Part shown: one piece after another, positions 6,760 through 14,774 of the stretch
Layout of the letters: every line of letters starts with the position of its first letter
How positions within the stretch are numbered: position 1 is the first letter of the stretch
Origin: a virus
IMG/VR virus record: IMGVR_UViG_3300024520_000256
Length of the DNA: 35,659 nt
Strand: one strand, 5' to 3'
The notes under the pieces: model-generated
The model's input: the letters and a program-made list of their open reading frames with translations, nothing else
What the model was told of the DNA's origin: nothing
Database searches by the model: none
Translations under genes and position numbers: made by a program

Positions 6760-7641
6760 CTAAAATAACTCTGGGATAGATTTCTTTACTTTCATGATAA
6801 CATGTCTTTTTAATTGTTTGTAATCAATTTGAGGGTCTTTATTTTCCTTAATGAAATTCCATGACTCCTCTCTGATAAGGTCATAATAAACCGTGTTAAG
6901 TAGTCTAGGAATATATTTAGTTCTCCAACCGTCTTCAGCATTCCGAATCTTCTCATAGACCTTTTGAACAAAGTGAGGGGTGATATATTTATCTGTAATT
7001 TTCTTTTCTACAGCCAATTTTTCTTTAATATCCAAAGGGTCATTCATTGCTCTGTGTTTATCTTTGAATTCATTTCTCACAATTTTAGCCCAAGTTTGAC
7101 GGCCATATTTATTTTGATAAGAATAATTCTTAAGCACAACCCCCTCACCAATTCCTTCATCAATTAGATAAGTGTTTTTCTCACACATTTCATAAAGAGT
7201 TTCTGGTTTTGCGTCTTCAATTCTACACAAAGGAGGAATGAATTCTATTTCAAATTCTCTTAAAACATGGGCATAGTCATTATAATGAATTACCCCACTT
7301 GGACCGTAAACATCAAATACATAGAACTTTCTCCAAGCTGTTTTTCTATATGTCTTCAAAGAATGAGGGATTAACCATTCACCAAATAAACGCCAATCAG
7401 GATAGAGTAAGAGCAAATTGGCAAAACGCTCATCTTCAAGAATAGCCTTCATAAATCCTTGATTGTCATCATCTAAGGAAAGCTCACGATTTCTTGAACC
7501 ACACTTTAGCTCGTTCCCTTTTCGCCATACAGAGCCGTTTGACCCGTCTAGTTTAGGGAATACATAAACAACGCCCTCTTCAATTCCTTTTGTTTCTACA
7601 GTTTCATATCTTTCAACATGCTGATATCTTTTGAAATTCAT
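6760..7641 (-). CDS. RNA ligase, Rnl2-like nucleotidyltransferase family
   Basis: Motif I KLDGSN (Lys30), motif III LFGEWL, IIIa FYVFDV, IV EGVVLK and V WAKIVR, in the order expected for T4 Rnl2-type ligases. Confidence 0.75.
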   Translation of the reverse strand: MNFKRYQHVERYETVETKGIEEGVVYVFPKLDGSNGSVWRKGNELKCGSRNRELSLDDDNQGFMKAILEDERFANLLLLYPDWRLFGEWLIPHSLKTYRKTAWRKFYVFDVYGPSGVIHYNDYAHVLREFEIEFIPPLCRIEDAKPETLYEMCEKNTYLIDEGIGEGVVLKNYSYQNKYGRQTWAKIVRNEFKDKHRAMNDPLDIKEKLAVEKKITDKYITPHFVQKVYEKIRNAEDGWRTKYIPRLLNTVYYDLIREESWNFIKENKDPQIDYKQLKRHVIMKVKKSIPELF

Positions 7642-7663
7642 TCTATCTCCTGGTTAAAATGTA

Positions 7664-7748
7664 AAGAGAATGAAGGAATTGAACCCTCGCCAGTTTTATC
7701 TGGGCCACGCCTTAGCAAGGCAGCACATTACCACTCTGTCAATTCTCC
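7664..7748 (-). tRNA. tRNA-Ser (anticodon GCU), class II with a long variable arm; no encoded CCA
   Basis: Hand fold: acceptor GGAGAAU/AUUCUCU, D-loop AGUGGUAA, anticodon loop UUGCUAA, variable stem GCCAG/CUGGC, T-arm GAGGG-UUCAAUU-CCUUC. Confidence 0.85.
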
Positions 7749-7756
7749 GTCTAAAA

Positions 7757-7829
7757 GGCCGTAGGGAGGTATCGAACCCCCTACTTTTATGTCTAGACTC
7801 CCACCTGGGCTCTACGGCATGTCTACGGC
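7757..7829 (-). ncRNA. tRNA-like element: canonical T-arm and acceptor stem, but no foldable D or anticodon arm
   Basis: GGGGG-UUCGAUA-CCUCC followed by CUACGGC-C. The complementary GCCGUAG occurs twice (5' ends at 7829 and 7818) as a tandem GCCGTAGA duplication. The 73-nt version has tRNA numbering, but I found no 5-bp/7-nt anticodon hairpin. Confidence 0.4.
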
Positions 7830-7841
7830 ATTATACCCCAA

Positions 7842-8012
7842 TTAATTTCTAGTGTATAGTCTTTTAAGCTGTTTAAAGTTTAACATTCTGTCCCTAACAC
7901 ACCCTTTTTTAAGTTTTTTAACGCCTAAAAAAGCTGTGTACAAAACAACTCTTTCTTCTTCCGTTTGGCTTAGAAGATATTTTCTTAATTGTTTTACTCG
8001 TTTTCCATTCAT
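7842..8012 (-). CDS. Small, very basic protein (56 aa), not in the ORF track
   Basis: Hand translation MNGKRVKQLRKYLLSQTEEERVVLYTAFLGVKKLKKGCVRDRMLNFKQLKRLYTRN, with 16 Lys/Arg. ATGA overlap with the RHH gene stop. Confidence 0.45.
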   Translation of the reverse strand: MNGKRVKQLRKYLLSQTEEERVVLYTAFLGVKKLKKGCVRDRMLNFKQLKRLYTRN

Positions 8013-8170
8013 ACTTTTAGTTTTTTCTTTTTAAAATCTTTACGTAAAAGTTCCATAACGTAAGCGGTCATGTTTCCCCTATGGCCCGCTAGTTTGGAAG
8101 CTGCTTTAATTGTCTTTTTAAACGCTGGCTCCATCCAAAATAGGACGGAGGTTATTTCTTCACTTTCCAT
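8009..8170 (-). CDS. Ribbon-helix-helix (Arc/CopG/MetJ-like) DNA-binding protein (53 aa), not in the ORF track
   Basis: Hand translation MESEEITSVLFWMEPAFKKTIKAASKLAGHRGNMTAYVMELLRKDFKKKKLKV. The pattern is beta-strand, helix, G-x-x-N/S, helix. AGAGG SD, directly after element D. Confidence 0.6.
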   Translation of the reverse strand: MESEEITSVLFWMEPAFKKTIKAASKLAGHRGNMTAYVMELLRKDFKKKKLKV

Positions 8171-8186
8171 GCAAACCTCTATATGT

Positions 8187-8222
8187 TATATAGGTAATAT
8201 ATAATAATTATATAGGCTTGAC
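8187..8222 (-). promoter_or_regulatory. Triple-TATATAA element, copy D (divergent: outer boxes are TATATAGG and there is no clear -35)
   Basis: Boxes at 8187 (TATATAGG), 8198 (TATATAAT) and 8209 (TATATAGG). The 11-bp phasing is the same as in the other copies. Confidence 0.55.
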
Positions 8223-8596
8223 TATACCTTTCTACATTTGACATTAATTAGAAAGTCTATATGTGAAGTTAAATCTTCCATTTTATCTTTACATAAATAA
8301 GTGTCATAACCACTTAAGCCTGCAACTGTGGTAATGCTTTCTTCATGTCCTGTAAGGATTAGGAGGGGAATTCTAAACTTAAACTTAAGCTCAACTAGCT
8401 CCTGGTTTAGTTTATAGCTTTTGTCAGGCAAGTTAACATCTAATATGATTAAATCATACCTGTTTCTTTTAAGGGCTTCTAGTCCCTCTGTAAGGGTGTA
8501 TTTTGATTCACAGTCATAATGGCCTTCGACCTCCATTTTAGACTTTATACCATAACAAAACCCTTCATTGTCATCTATTAGGATTATCCTTTTCAT
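8222..8596 (-). CDS. Stand-alone response-regulator receiver (CheY-like REC) domain protein
   Basis: Asp8-Asp9 (ILIDDN), Asp53 (LIILDVNLPD), Thr82 (LLILTGH) and Lys103 (YLCKD) have canonical REC spacing. At 124 aa there is no output domain. Confidence 0.8.
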   Translation of the reverse strand: MKRIILIDDNEGFCYGIKSKMEVEGHYDCESKYTLTEGLEALKRNRYDLIILDVNLPDKSYKLNQELVELKFKFRIPLLILTGHEESITTVAGLSGYDTYLCKDKMEDLTSHIDFLINVKCRKV

Positions 8597-9083
8597 TTTG
8601 TGGCATTTCTTTCATAAAAGAGGAAAATATTTTTATCAATTCTGCATGCTGTGCATCTTGTTTAGTGCTAATATCCAACATCCACTCTGCTGCGAACTCT
8701 CTATCACTTCCTTGTGTTCCAACTAGCTTATCATAAATAATAAATTTAGGTTTTACAAAGCTTTTCCACTCTTCAAATATTCTTTTTAGTTCTGCTTGTT
8801 CTTTCCTCATCTCTCTTACTGCAACCCATATCTCTTCTTGTTCCTTTTCTCGTTCTGACCTAGCCTTTAGTAGGGGGAACAATTTAAAGAGCTTAAAAGC
8901 CTTAGAAGATGTTTTTCGAGTGAGGATAAATATTATTGCTGTGAGAGCTACACAAATAAAAGCTAGAATTCGCCATTCAATAGGCCAGCCCTCATATAAA
9001 ATGATGCTCTCATTGGCAATATGTACACCTTCCTCAATGAACTCTAGTTCTGAGACTTGTATAAGAGGAACAGTATCAGACAT
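8571..9083 (-). CDS. Single-pass membrane protein with a C-terminal coiled-coil region
   Basis: TM segment WRILAFICVALTAIIFILT (about aa 37-55) followed by KE-rich helices. It overlaps the REC gene by 26 nt and has a TAATG junction with the upstream gene. Confidence 0.6.
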   Translation of the reverse strand: MSDTVPLIQVSELEFIEEGVHIANESIILYEGWPIEWRILAFICVALTAIIFILTRKTSSKAFKLFKLFPLLKARSEREKEQEEIWVAVREMRKEQAELKRIFEEWKSFVKPKFIIYDKLVGTQGSDREFAAEWMLDISTKQDAQHAELIKIFSSFMKEMPQNEKDNPNR

Positions 9084-9871
9084 TAATTATCTACAACAAT
9101 AATGTCAAAATCAGCTGAACCTGAAATATCAGCAGCAGAAGCAATACCATTCATTTTTATAATAGCAGGGCCTTCAATTTCAAATTCTGGGTCAAAAGGG
9201 TGATCATCACTAGATTTTCCATTACTCTGGACCCCTATTGCATGGTCAGACCTAAAATTTGTTAATTCTACTGTTGGATTATCGTTTATAAGTAAACGAT
9301 AAGTAATTGCAGCGGTTGACCCAGATGATTTCAAAATAGTTGCACTAAAAGCAGTAAGATAAGCTTTTTGAATAGATGGGATTCCATAAATAGCCATTTG
9401 TGTGCTCCCTATTCCCGGAAGAATAGCGGCTGTCACTGTACTATCTGTCTGAGCTGTGGCTGTAATTGTTCCAACATTTATATTAGTAGCCCCCCACGTT
9501 TGAACTTTCATTCTATAAATAATTACATAAGCGTTTGATGTTGCAACATCAGTTGTACCATTCAAAGTAACTGTTTCTGATACTTCAGCAGTTGCCCAAG
9601 ATGTTAATCCAAAAATTTTAACTGTTTGAGCTCCCACACCAACCGGGTCTCCATCGTCACTAGTGGAAGAACTAACAATATTATGTAGCCTCGCTTCAGT
9701 TGGGGCTACCCAAATTTGCTGTGTGGGTGTTGCATCTGCTCTATCCCAAACATCTGTAGGCGTAGCTTGAATACCAGAATCAGCAAAACCCCATTTATTC
9801 TCACTCCTCATGCCCGGAACGAGCCCTCTAGCTATGTCAAGTTTTGACATGCCATTTCCTTGCTTTTGCAT
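9083..9871 (-). CDS. Putative virion/tail-associated beta-rich protein
   Basis: 262 aa, Thr/Ser/Gly-rich and beta-rich, translationally coupled within the tail gene string. No motif I can name with confidence. Confidence 0.45.
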   Translation of the reverse strand: MQKQGNGMSKLDIARGLVPGMRSENKWGFADSGIQATPTDVWDRADATPTQQIWVAPTEARLHNIVSSSTSDDGDPVGVGAQTVKIFGLTSWATAEVSETVTLNGTTDVATSNAYVIIYRMKVQTWGATNINVGTITATAQTDSTVTAAILPGIGSTQMAIYGIPSIQKAYLTAFSATILKSSGSTAAITYRLLINDNPTVELTNFRSDHAIGVQSNGKSSDDHPFDPEFEIEGPAIIKMNGIASAADISGSADFDIIVVDN

Positions 9872-10239
9872 TATAAAGATACCTCGGTTTCTATAGTGTA
9901 AGTAATTGTATAGGTTATTTTACCACCCGTATCAGCTTTTAGATGAACGGCATCGCCCGACTTTAACACGTGTAAATCACCACTGACGCCTACATAAGAA
10001 GTATTATCAGCAATAGAAAGGTTTACAAAAGTCTTGTTCCCTCCCACTCCAGCTGTTGCAGTGCCACCGTTTTTAACTAAATAAGCGTCAATTACATCAC
10101 CCCCTCCAGTATTATCATTTACTAGGTTAAAGCTTTGCATTTGAAAAACATATCCATCAGGGAATGTAGAAGGACACGTTAAGACCGCAACTGCAGCAGT
10201 TGTAATTGTTCCCTGTACTGTTATATTATTAGCACCCAT
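9871..10239 (-). CDS. Putative small tail-associated beta protein
   Basis: 122 aa, Gly/Thr-rich; coupled junctions on both sides. Confidence 0.45.
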   Translation of the reverse strand: MGANNITVQGTITTAAVAVLTCPSTFPDGYVFQMQSFNLVNDNTGGGDVIDAYLVKNGGTATAGVGGNKTFVNLSIADNTSYVGVSGDLHVLKSGDAVHLKADTGGKITYTITYTIETEVSL

Positions 10240-10482
10240 TTATTTTAAACTCCTTGTTGTGATTAAATCCGCTTTACTGTAAGTTGTTGCATTCTTTCTC
10301 GCTTCCTTCATCACTCCAGAATTCACGAGCTCTAGAAACTTTGTATCTAAGAAATCTGCAACGTAATCTTCAACCGTTGAATCATCTGCTCCACTTAAAG
10401 CCAAAACGGAAGCTTTCAGTTTGTTGTAAACCTCTGTTTTTTTGCCATCTAGTAAAGTTACTGTAAATATTTTATTAGCCAT
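10240..10482 (-). CDS. Hypothetical protein downstream of the tailspike
   Basis: 80-aa ORF, immediately upstream of (abutting) the next gene at 9871..10239. Confidence 0.5.
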   Translation of the reverse strand: MANKIFTVTLLDGKKTEVYNKLKASVLALSGADDSTVEDYVADFLDTKFLELVNSGVMKEARKNATTYSKADLITTRSLK

Positions 10483-10491
10483 TGTTACCCC

Positions 10492-12882
10492 TTAAGACAT
10501 GTTTTTAGCTATTGTTTTTCCCATATATACGGTTCCATCCCATATCAATTCTACTAAATCTACTGCATTTATTGCGTTTGTAGGTACAAAAGCCCCATCT
10601 GTTGCATCCCAAATAACCGTTCCCGGCCAGGTAAAAGTTGTAGTTGGAGTAGACGAGCCTTGACTAAACTTAATGAAATACCTTGTTACAACAACGGGAT
10701 TACTTAAAGTTACTGTTGAAATAGTGGCTTCGTCACTTAAATCTAAAAGAACACCTTGCCCTGAATTCCAATTAATAGCTAGGGTAGTGCCGGAAGCAAC
10801 AACCCCCTGACCTAAAAAAGAGTCTTGACCATTTACAAAGAAATTTCCATTTGGAATCGATACATTTTCACTAGTATCTATTTTAATTCCGTTGTTGGTT
10901 CCTAAAGAACCTGAATTACTAATAACAAAAGCATCTGTATCAGAATTATGTAAACCAAAAGTCCACCCCCCACTTGTGCCAATTCTAGCACCAAAGTAAG
11001 AGTCACCCGTTGTTTCACCACTTGGAACAGATGTTATTATTCCAGAACTAGTAGAGCTTGCATTTTGTTCGTGAAGTAAGGCACCTGTAGCAAAACTTAA
11101 ATCCTCATTAGCCCAATAAGCTTTGCTTCCTTTAAAGCTGACCTCGTTAAAATTTCCAGAAATAGCAGAATAGTTTGCTCCGTCTGGCTCTAATGTTGAA
11201 TCATCAGAAGTTAAAGCACCAACAAATAAATTCATTGTGCCACCTGTGACTACATTAAAAGTACTCGTTGGGCTGGCCGTTGTAGTTAAAACATGAGCAT
11301 GCAAAACAGATAAATCTAATGTATTTGTAGCATTTAACTTAAAAACTGAATTTGTTCCTGGGTCATCAAGAAATAGAGAACTGATACAAACAGAACCACC
11401 ATTCATTAAGAAAGCATTTGTTAAAGAATCAACCACACTACCAGAAAAGAATAAAGAAGAGGCATTTTCAACTGTAACCCCGTTTTCTTGGTCATTTATA
11501 GACACTCCACTACATACAACCCCTTCGGCACCATTTACATATAAACCACTAGTTCCGGAACCTTTATCAGAATCTAAAACACAGTTATTTAAATTTGCTC
11601 TAACTGTAGCAGAATCAAAAGCGATTCCATATCGTTGAATGTTTGTTGTTCTTACATTTGTGATATTTGTATCAATAGCAGTTGCTAGACTTATTCCATC
11701 TTGGAATCCAGAAATATAAACATTCTCTATCTCTAAGCTTTGGCAATCGTTTGTAGCAATTGCAATGTTAGTTTTAGCAGCATCACTTTGAAAACCTATA
11801 TCCCTAATCGATGCAAAATCAACCGTTGTTCCTGTACTTAAATCAAGTGCATTATCAGAGTTTACAGCATGTTTAATTTGAGTTGTAAGAGGGCCAGAGC
11901 CAACCAGCTGAATATTATCAGTGGTTATTTGTAGGCTTGAACCAATATTAAATACACCCGCCCTTAATTTTACTGTTTTAAGTTCTGCGCTTCCAGCTGC
12001 TGCATCAATTGCGGCCTGAATCTCTTCAACATCATCCGTTGTCCCATCTCCAGTAGCTCCAAACCATTCTCCATAAATAGCATCAGAAGATCCTTCTCCA
12101 AATACATAACTTCCAGCACCTGTAAAAAATGTACCACAAGTTTGGTCTATTGTGGAGTTTATTGTAAGGGTTGTTCCACCATCTGCACTTAATTTGGCAT
12201 CCCCACCCCTTCTTAAACTTAATCCAGCTGGAAAAGTAACGCTACTTGAAAACTTAAATGTTCCATTATCGAATAATATGTCATGCTCTTGCCCTGAAAC
12301 ACTCACATAAGTAATTACTTTACTGACATTTGTTTCGTCATCTGTTGCACCGTCCCCAGTAACTCCAAACCATTTAACATTAATTGGGCCTTCAAATAAT
12401 CGAATCCAACGCCCTGTCCCACTATCAGGAGCGAAAACAATTCCTCCATCAGCTGTTGCGCTACTATCTGGGTCAAAATAAAACAACCCTCCGCCTCCAT
12501 CACCTGCAGTTGTAAAGCCTGTGACCATGGCCATAACACTAGTTCCATTTGCTCCAGGGTTAACAGCAGTCATCAAAGCAATTGATTCATAACGCCTAAA
12601 GTCTTGAGCTGCTGAAGAGATATTATCTACCGTCCAGACATCAACCTCAGCATCCGTTCTTAGTATAAATTTATAAGAACCATCTTCTAGCCAAATATCA
12701 GCTTCACCCCTGGAGTTTAAAACCGTTGGGTGAGCATTTGCGCTTACCGAAGATTGACTTGGGAATGTATCCTTTGGGTTAGAAGTTCCCGCTGCAAAAG
12801 CATATAGTTTATAACCGTTGGCAAGATTCCCACTAGTATCTAAAGCCTGAAACTTTGGCCAGGGTGTTAAAACATTCGCCAT
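10492..12882 (-). CDS. Tailspike / tail fibre with a pectate-lyase-like right-handed beta-helix (putative depolymerase)
   Basis: Two copies of the beta-helix cap motif: WFGVTGDGATDDETNV at aa 171-186 and WFGATGDGTTDDVEEIQAAIDAA at aa 273-295. Also GDGGGGLFYFD....GRWIRL and a long repetitive N/T/S/G-rich body. Confidence 0.8.
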   Translation of the reverse strand: MANVLTPWPKFQALDTSGNLANGYKLYAFAAGTSNPKDTFPSQSSVSANAHPTVLNSRGEADIWLEDGSYKFILRTDAEVDVWTVDNISSAAQDFRRYESIALMTAVNPGANGTSVMAMVTGFTTAGDGGGGLFYFDPDSSATADGGIVFAPDSGTGRWIRLFEGPINVKWFGVTGDGATDDETNVSKVITYVSVSGQEHDILFDNGTFKFSSSVTFPAGLSLRRGGDAKLSADGGTTLTINSTIDQTCGTFFTGAGSYVFGEGSSDAIYGEWFGATGDGTTDDVEEIQAAIDAAAGSAELKTVKLRAGVFNIGSSLQITTDNIQLVGSGPLTTQIKHAVNSDNALDLSTGTTVDFASIRDIGFQSDAAKTNIAIATNDCQSLEIENVYISGFQDGISLATAIDTNITNVRTTNIQRYGIAFDSATVRANLNNCVLDSDKGSGTSGLYVNGAEGVVCSGVSINDQENGVTVENASSLFFSGSVVDSLTNAFLMNGGSVCISSLFLDDPGTNSVFKLNATNTLDLSVLHAHVLTTTASPTSTFNVVTGGTMNLFVGALTSDDSTLEPDGANYSAISGNFNEVSFKGSKAYWANEDLSFATGALLHEQNASSTSSGIITSVPSGETTGDSYFGARIGTSGGWTFGLHNSDTDAFVISNSGSLGTNNGIKIDTSENVSIPNGNFFVNGQDSFLGQGVVASGTTLAINWNSGQGVLLDLSDEATISTVTLSNPVVVTRYFIKFSQGSSTPTTTFTWPGTVIWDATDGAFVPTNAINAVDLVELIWDGTVYMGKTIAKNMS

Positions 12883-14774
12883 TATTGATTACCTCCGAAT
12901 AAATCGCCTAAAGTTTGTCCTGTTAGCCCTAAGCCAACTCTTGCCGCTGATTGATTTTGTACAATATCTGAAAGAGATTGAGCCCCCTTTTCAGCTCCAA
13001 CACCTAATCCAACGAGTCCAGCTTGAACCTTTGGACCACCTAAAACACCTCCAACTATTGCACCCGGAACCCCTAAACTAGGATTTATTGCACTTCCAGC
13101 AGAAGCCCCCAAACCAAAAGCTAAGGTTGACTTCCCTGTACCGATTTGATTAAATATTTTTGGAATACCTTCTTCACCAAACTGTTTAGCTAGGCTAGTC
13201 AACTTGGCTCTTTTAGTAAAATCTTCCCCTAGTATTTTTTCAATTCTTCCTAAGACTAATTGTCTAGATTTTTTATTCTTTCCATATAGGTTATTAATAA
13301 AAGTTTCGACTCTACCAAGCTGCACAGAGGGGTCACTCCCTAAAAACCTGTATAAATCATCTCTTGCATCAAGGGTTCCTGTTAAAGATTTCATGGCCTG
13401 TTCATATTGTGGCTGCCCTTTTGCCGCGCTCAATAAATCTGTTTTAGCTTGAAGCCTCACTTCTTTAAGGGCATCATTTAAAGCATTTGCCTCTGGCCTC
13501 CCCCAGTCAATAACAGCGTCTAATCTCTTCCTAAGTTCAAAATAATCTTTTGCTGAAATTGAAATAGGCTGACCACCTGTTGTAATTGGCTTACCTTTTG
13601 GCCCAAAAAGCTTACTTGTTTTTGTGCTCATTTTTTTTATCAAATCGTTAAGGACTTTATTAACAGGGGCTTCTGGGCCAATCGGTCCAATTATCGCCTC
13701 TAATCCAAAAGAATCTTTTCCTTTCAACACCTCAATCTGAACATCTTTTAATTTTTGTAAAAGATTTTTAGTTGAAATTGTTGGCATTGCATCCAATGAT
13801 TTATTTATAACTTCTGATTCTGGTAACACTAAATCATTCACCTTATCCAAAAGGTCTTTTCCTATTTCAAACCCTTTACCAGCAAATTCTTTCATTTTCT
13901 TAGCAGTTGGACCAAATCCAGTTCCAAAAGCTTTTAGTGCGTCTTTGCTCACCCCAGAGATTACTTCAGCAGATTGTTGTAAAATTGGATTCACAATCTT
14001 CTTCATACCTTGGGCGCTTAATACAATTCCTCCCGGAATAAGGGCGTTTGTTGCTACATCAAACCCAAATTGACCGGGAGAAACTTTTTCTCCTTTCAAT
14101 ACGTTTTCTGCTTGTGTTATTGCACCACCCAATGAACCCTCAACAGCTCCAGCAGTAATCAAACCTTTAATTCCACCACCAACAGCTTGCATTATTTTAG
14201 CTGCAATCCCTGTGCCTGTAAAGGCCCCTAAAATAGGTGTAGCTGGACTAATTAGCATTGATTCAAAAAACCCTTCTCCCTCCGTTTCAGCTAAATCTTC
14301 TAAAACAGTGTTTATTTTATCTCGAACAGCTTCAACAGGTAAACCCGTTTCCTGAGCTATTGAGTCAGGGGATATACCATAAGGGGCTAAAACTTCCTCA
14401 CCTAACCGGCCGAAAGCAACCATTTCTTCTAATTTTTCCTGTGCTTGGGCTTCTGACTGAGCCTTTACGCCTGTTTTTAAAGTCCTCCCCATTCCACTAG
14501 CTACATCTAAAACACCCGCAACACCTCTTTCAAAAAACCCTGCTTCTTCTGCACCCGCTTTTCTACTTCTTGGAAGAGCCGCTTCTAATAAATTAGTAGG
14601 AGGCCCTAAAGGTTCTTGGGGAATTTGTTGTTTAGCTTGTTGAGCTTCAAGTATGCCCGATGTAGTTAAATCACCAAACTTTTCATGAGCCAATTGAATC
14701 AACTCAAACCTATCTTCCGGGGATAAATCGGGAGAGTTATTAATCTCTTCTAGTGCTTCTACTAAACCAGCCAT
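12882..14774 (-). CDS. Internal virion / ejection protein candidate (gp16 position in P22-like order)
   Basis: 630 aa with Gly/Ala-rich hydrophobic stretches at the centre and C-terminus. It lies between the other ejection-like genes and the tailspike. Confidence 0.45.
   Translation of the reverse strand: MAGLVEALEEINNSPDLSPEDRFELIQLAHEKFGDLTTSGILEAQQAKQQIPQEPLGPPTNLLEAALPRSRKAGAEEAGFFERGVAGVLDVASGMGRTLKTGVKAQSEAQAQEKLEEMVAFGRLGEEVLAPYGISPDSIAQETGLPVEAVRDKINTVLEDLAETEGEGFFESMLISPATPILGAFTGTGIAAKIMQAVGGGIKGLITAGAVEGSLGGAITQAENVLKGEKVSPGQFGFDVATNALIPGGIVLSAQGMKKIVNPILQQSAEVISGVSKDALKAFGTGFGPTAKKMKEFAGKGFEIGKDLLDKVNDLVLPESEVINKSLDAMPTISTKNLLQKLKDVQIEVLKGKDSFGLEAIIGPIGPEAPVNKVLNDLIKKMSTKTSKLFGPKGKPITTGGQPISISAKDYFELRKRLDAVIDWGRPEANALNDALKEVRLQAKTDLLSAAKGQPQYEQAMKSLTGTLDARDDLYRFLGSDPSVQLGRVETFINNLYGKNKKSRQLVLGRIEKILGEDFTKRAKLTSLAKQFGEEGIPKIFNQIGTGKSTLAFGLGASAGSAINPSLGVPGAIVGGVLGGPKVQAGLVGLGVGAEKGAQSLSDIVQNQSAARVGLGLTGQTLGDLFGGNQ

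Noticed and set aside
7757-7829. Calling this a second bona fide tRNA gene
   Set aside because: The acceptor and T-arm are perfect. However, I tested every register and found no 5-bp stem with a 7-nt loop for an anticodon arm and no proper D-arm. It is kept as a tRNA-like element only.
7757-7829. attP site for tRNA-targeted integration
   Set aside because: No integrase or recombinase directionality factor is recognisable in the complete genome. The idea is kept only as a minor alternative in the tRNA-like finding.
8222-9083. Treating the membrane protein plus receiver as a complete two-component system
   Set aside because: The 170-aa membrane protein has no recognisable HATPase N/G1/F/G2 boxes and is too short for a kinase core. 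The QHAEL segment is only a vague H-box resemblance.
12315-12548. Nested alternative-frame minus-strand ORFs: 12315..12548 in the tailspike, 3015..3305 in the coiled-coil gene, 186..521 in 154..597, and 5345..5533
   Set aside because: They lie fully or mostly inside longer genes in another frame. Their composition is explained by the host gene's repeats, and they have no independent start signals.
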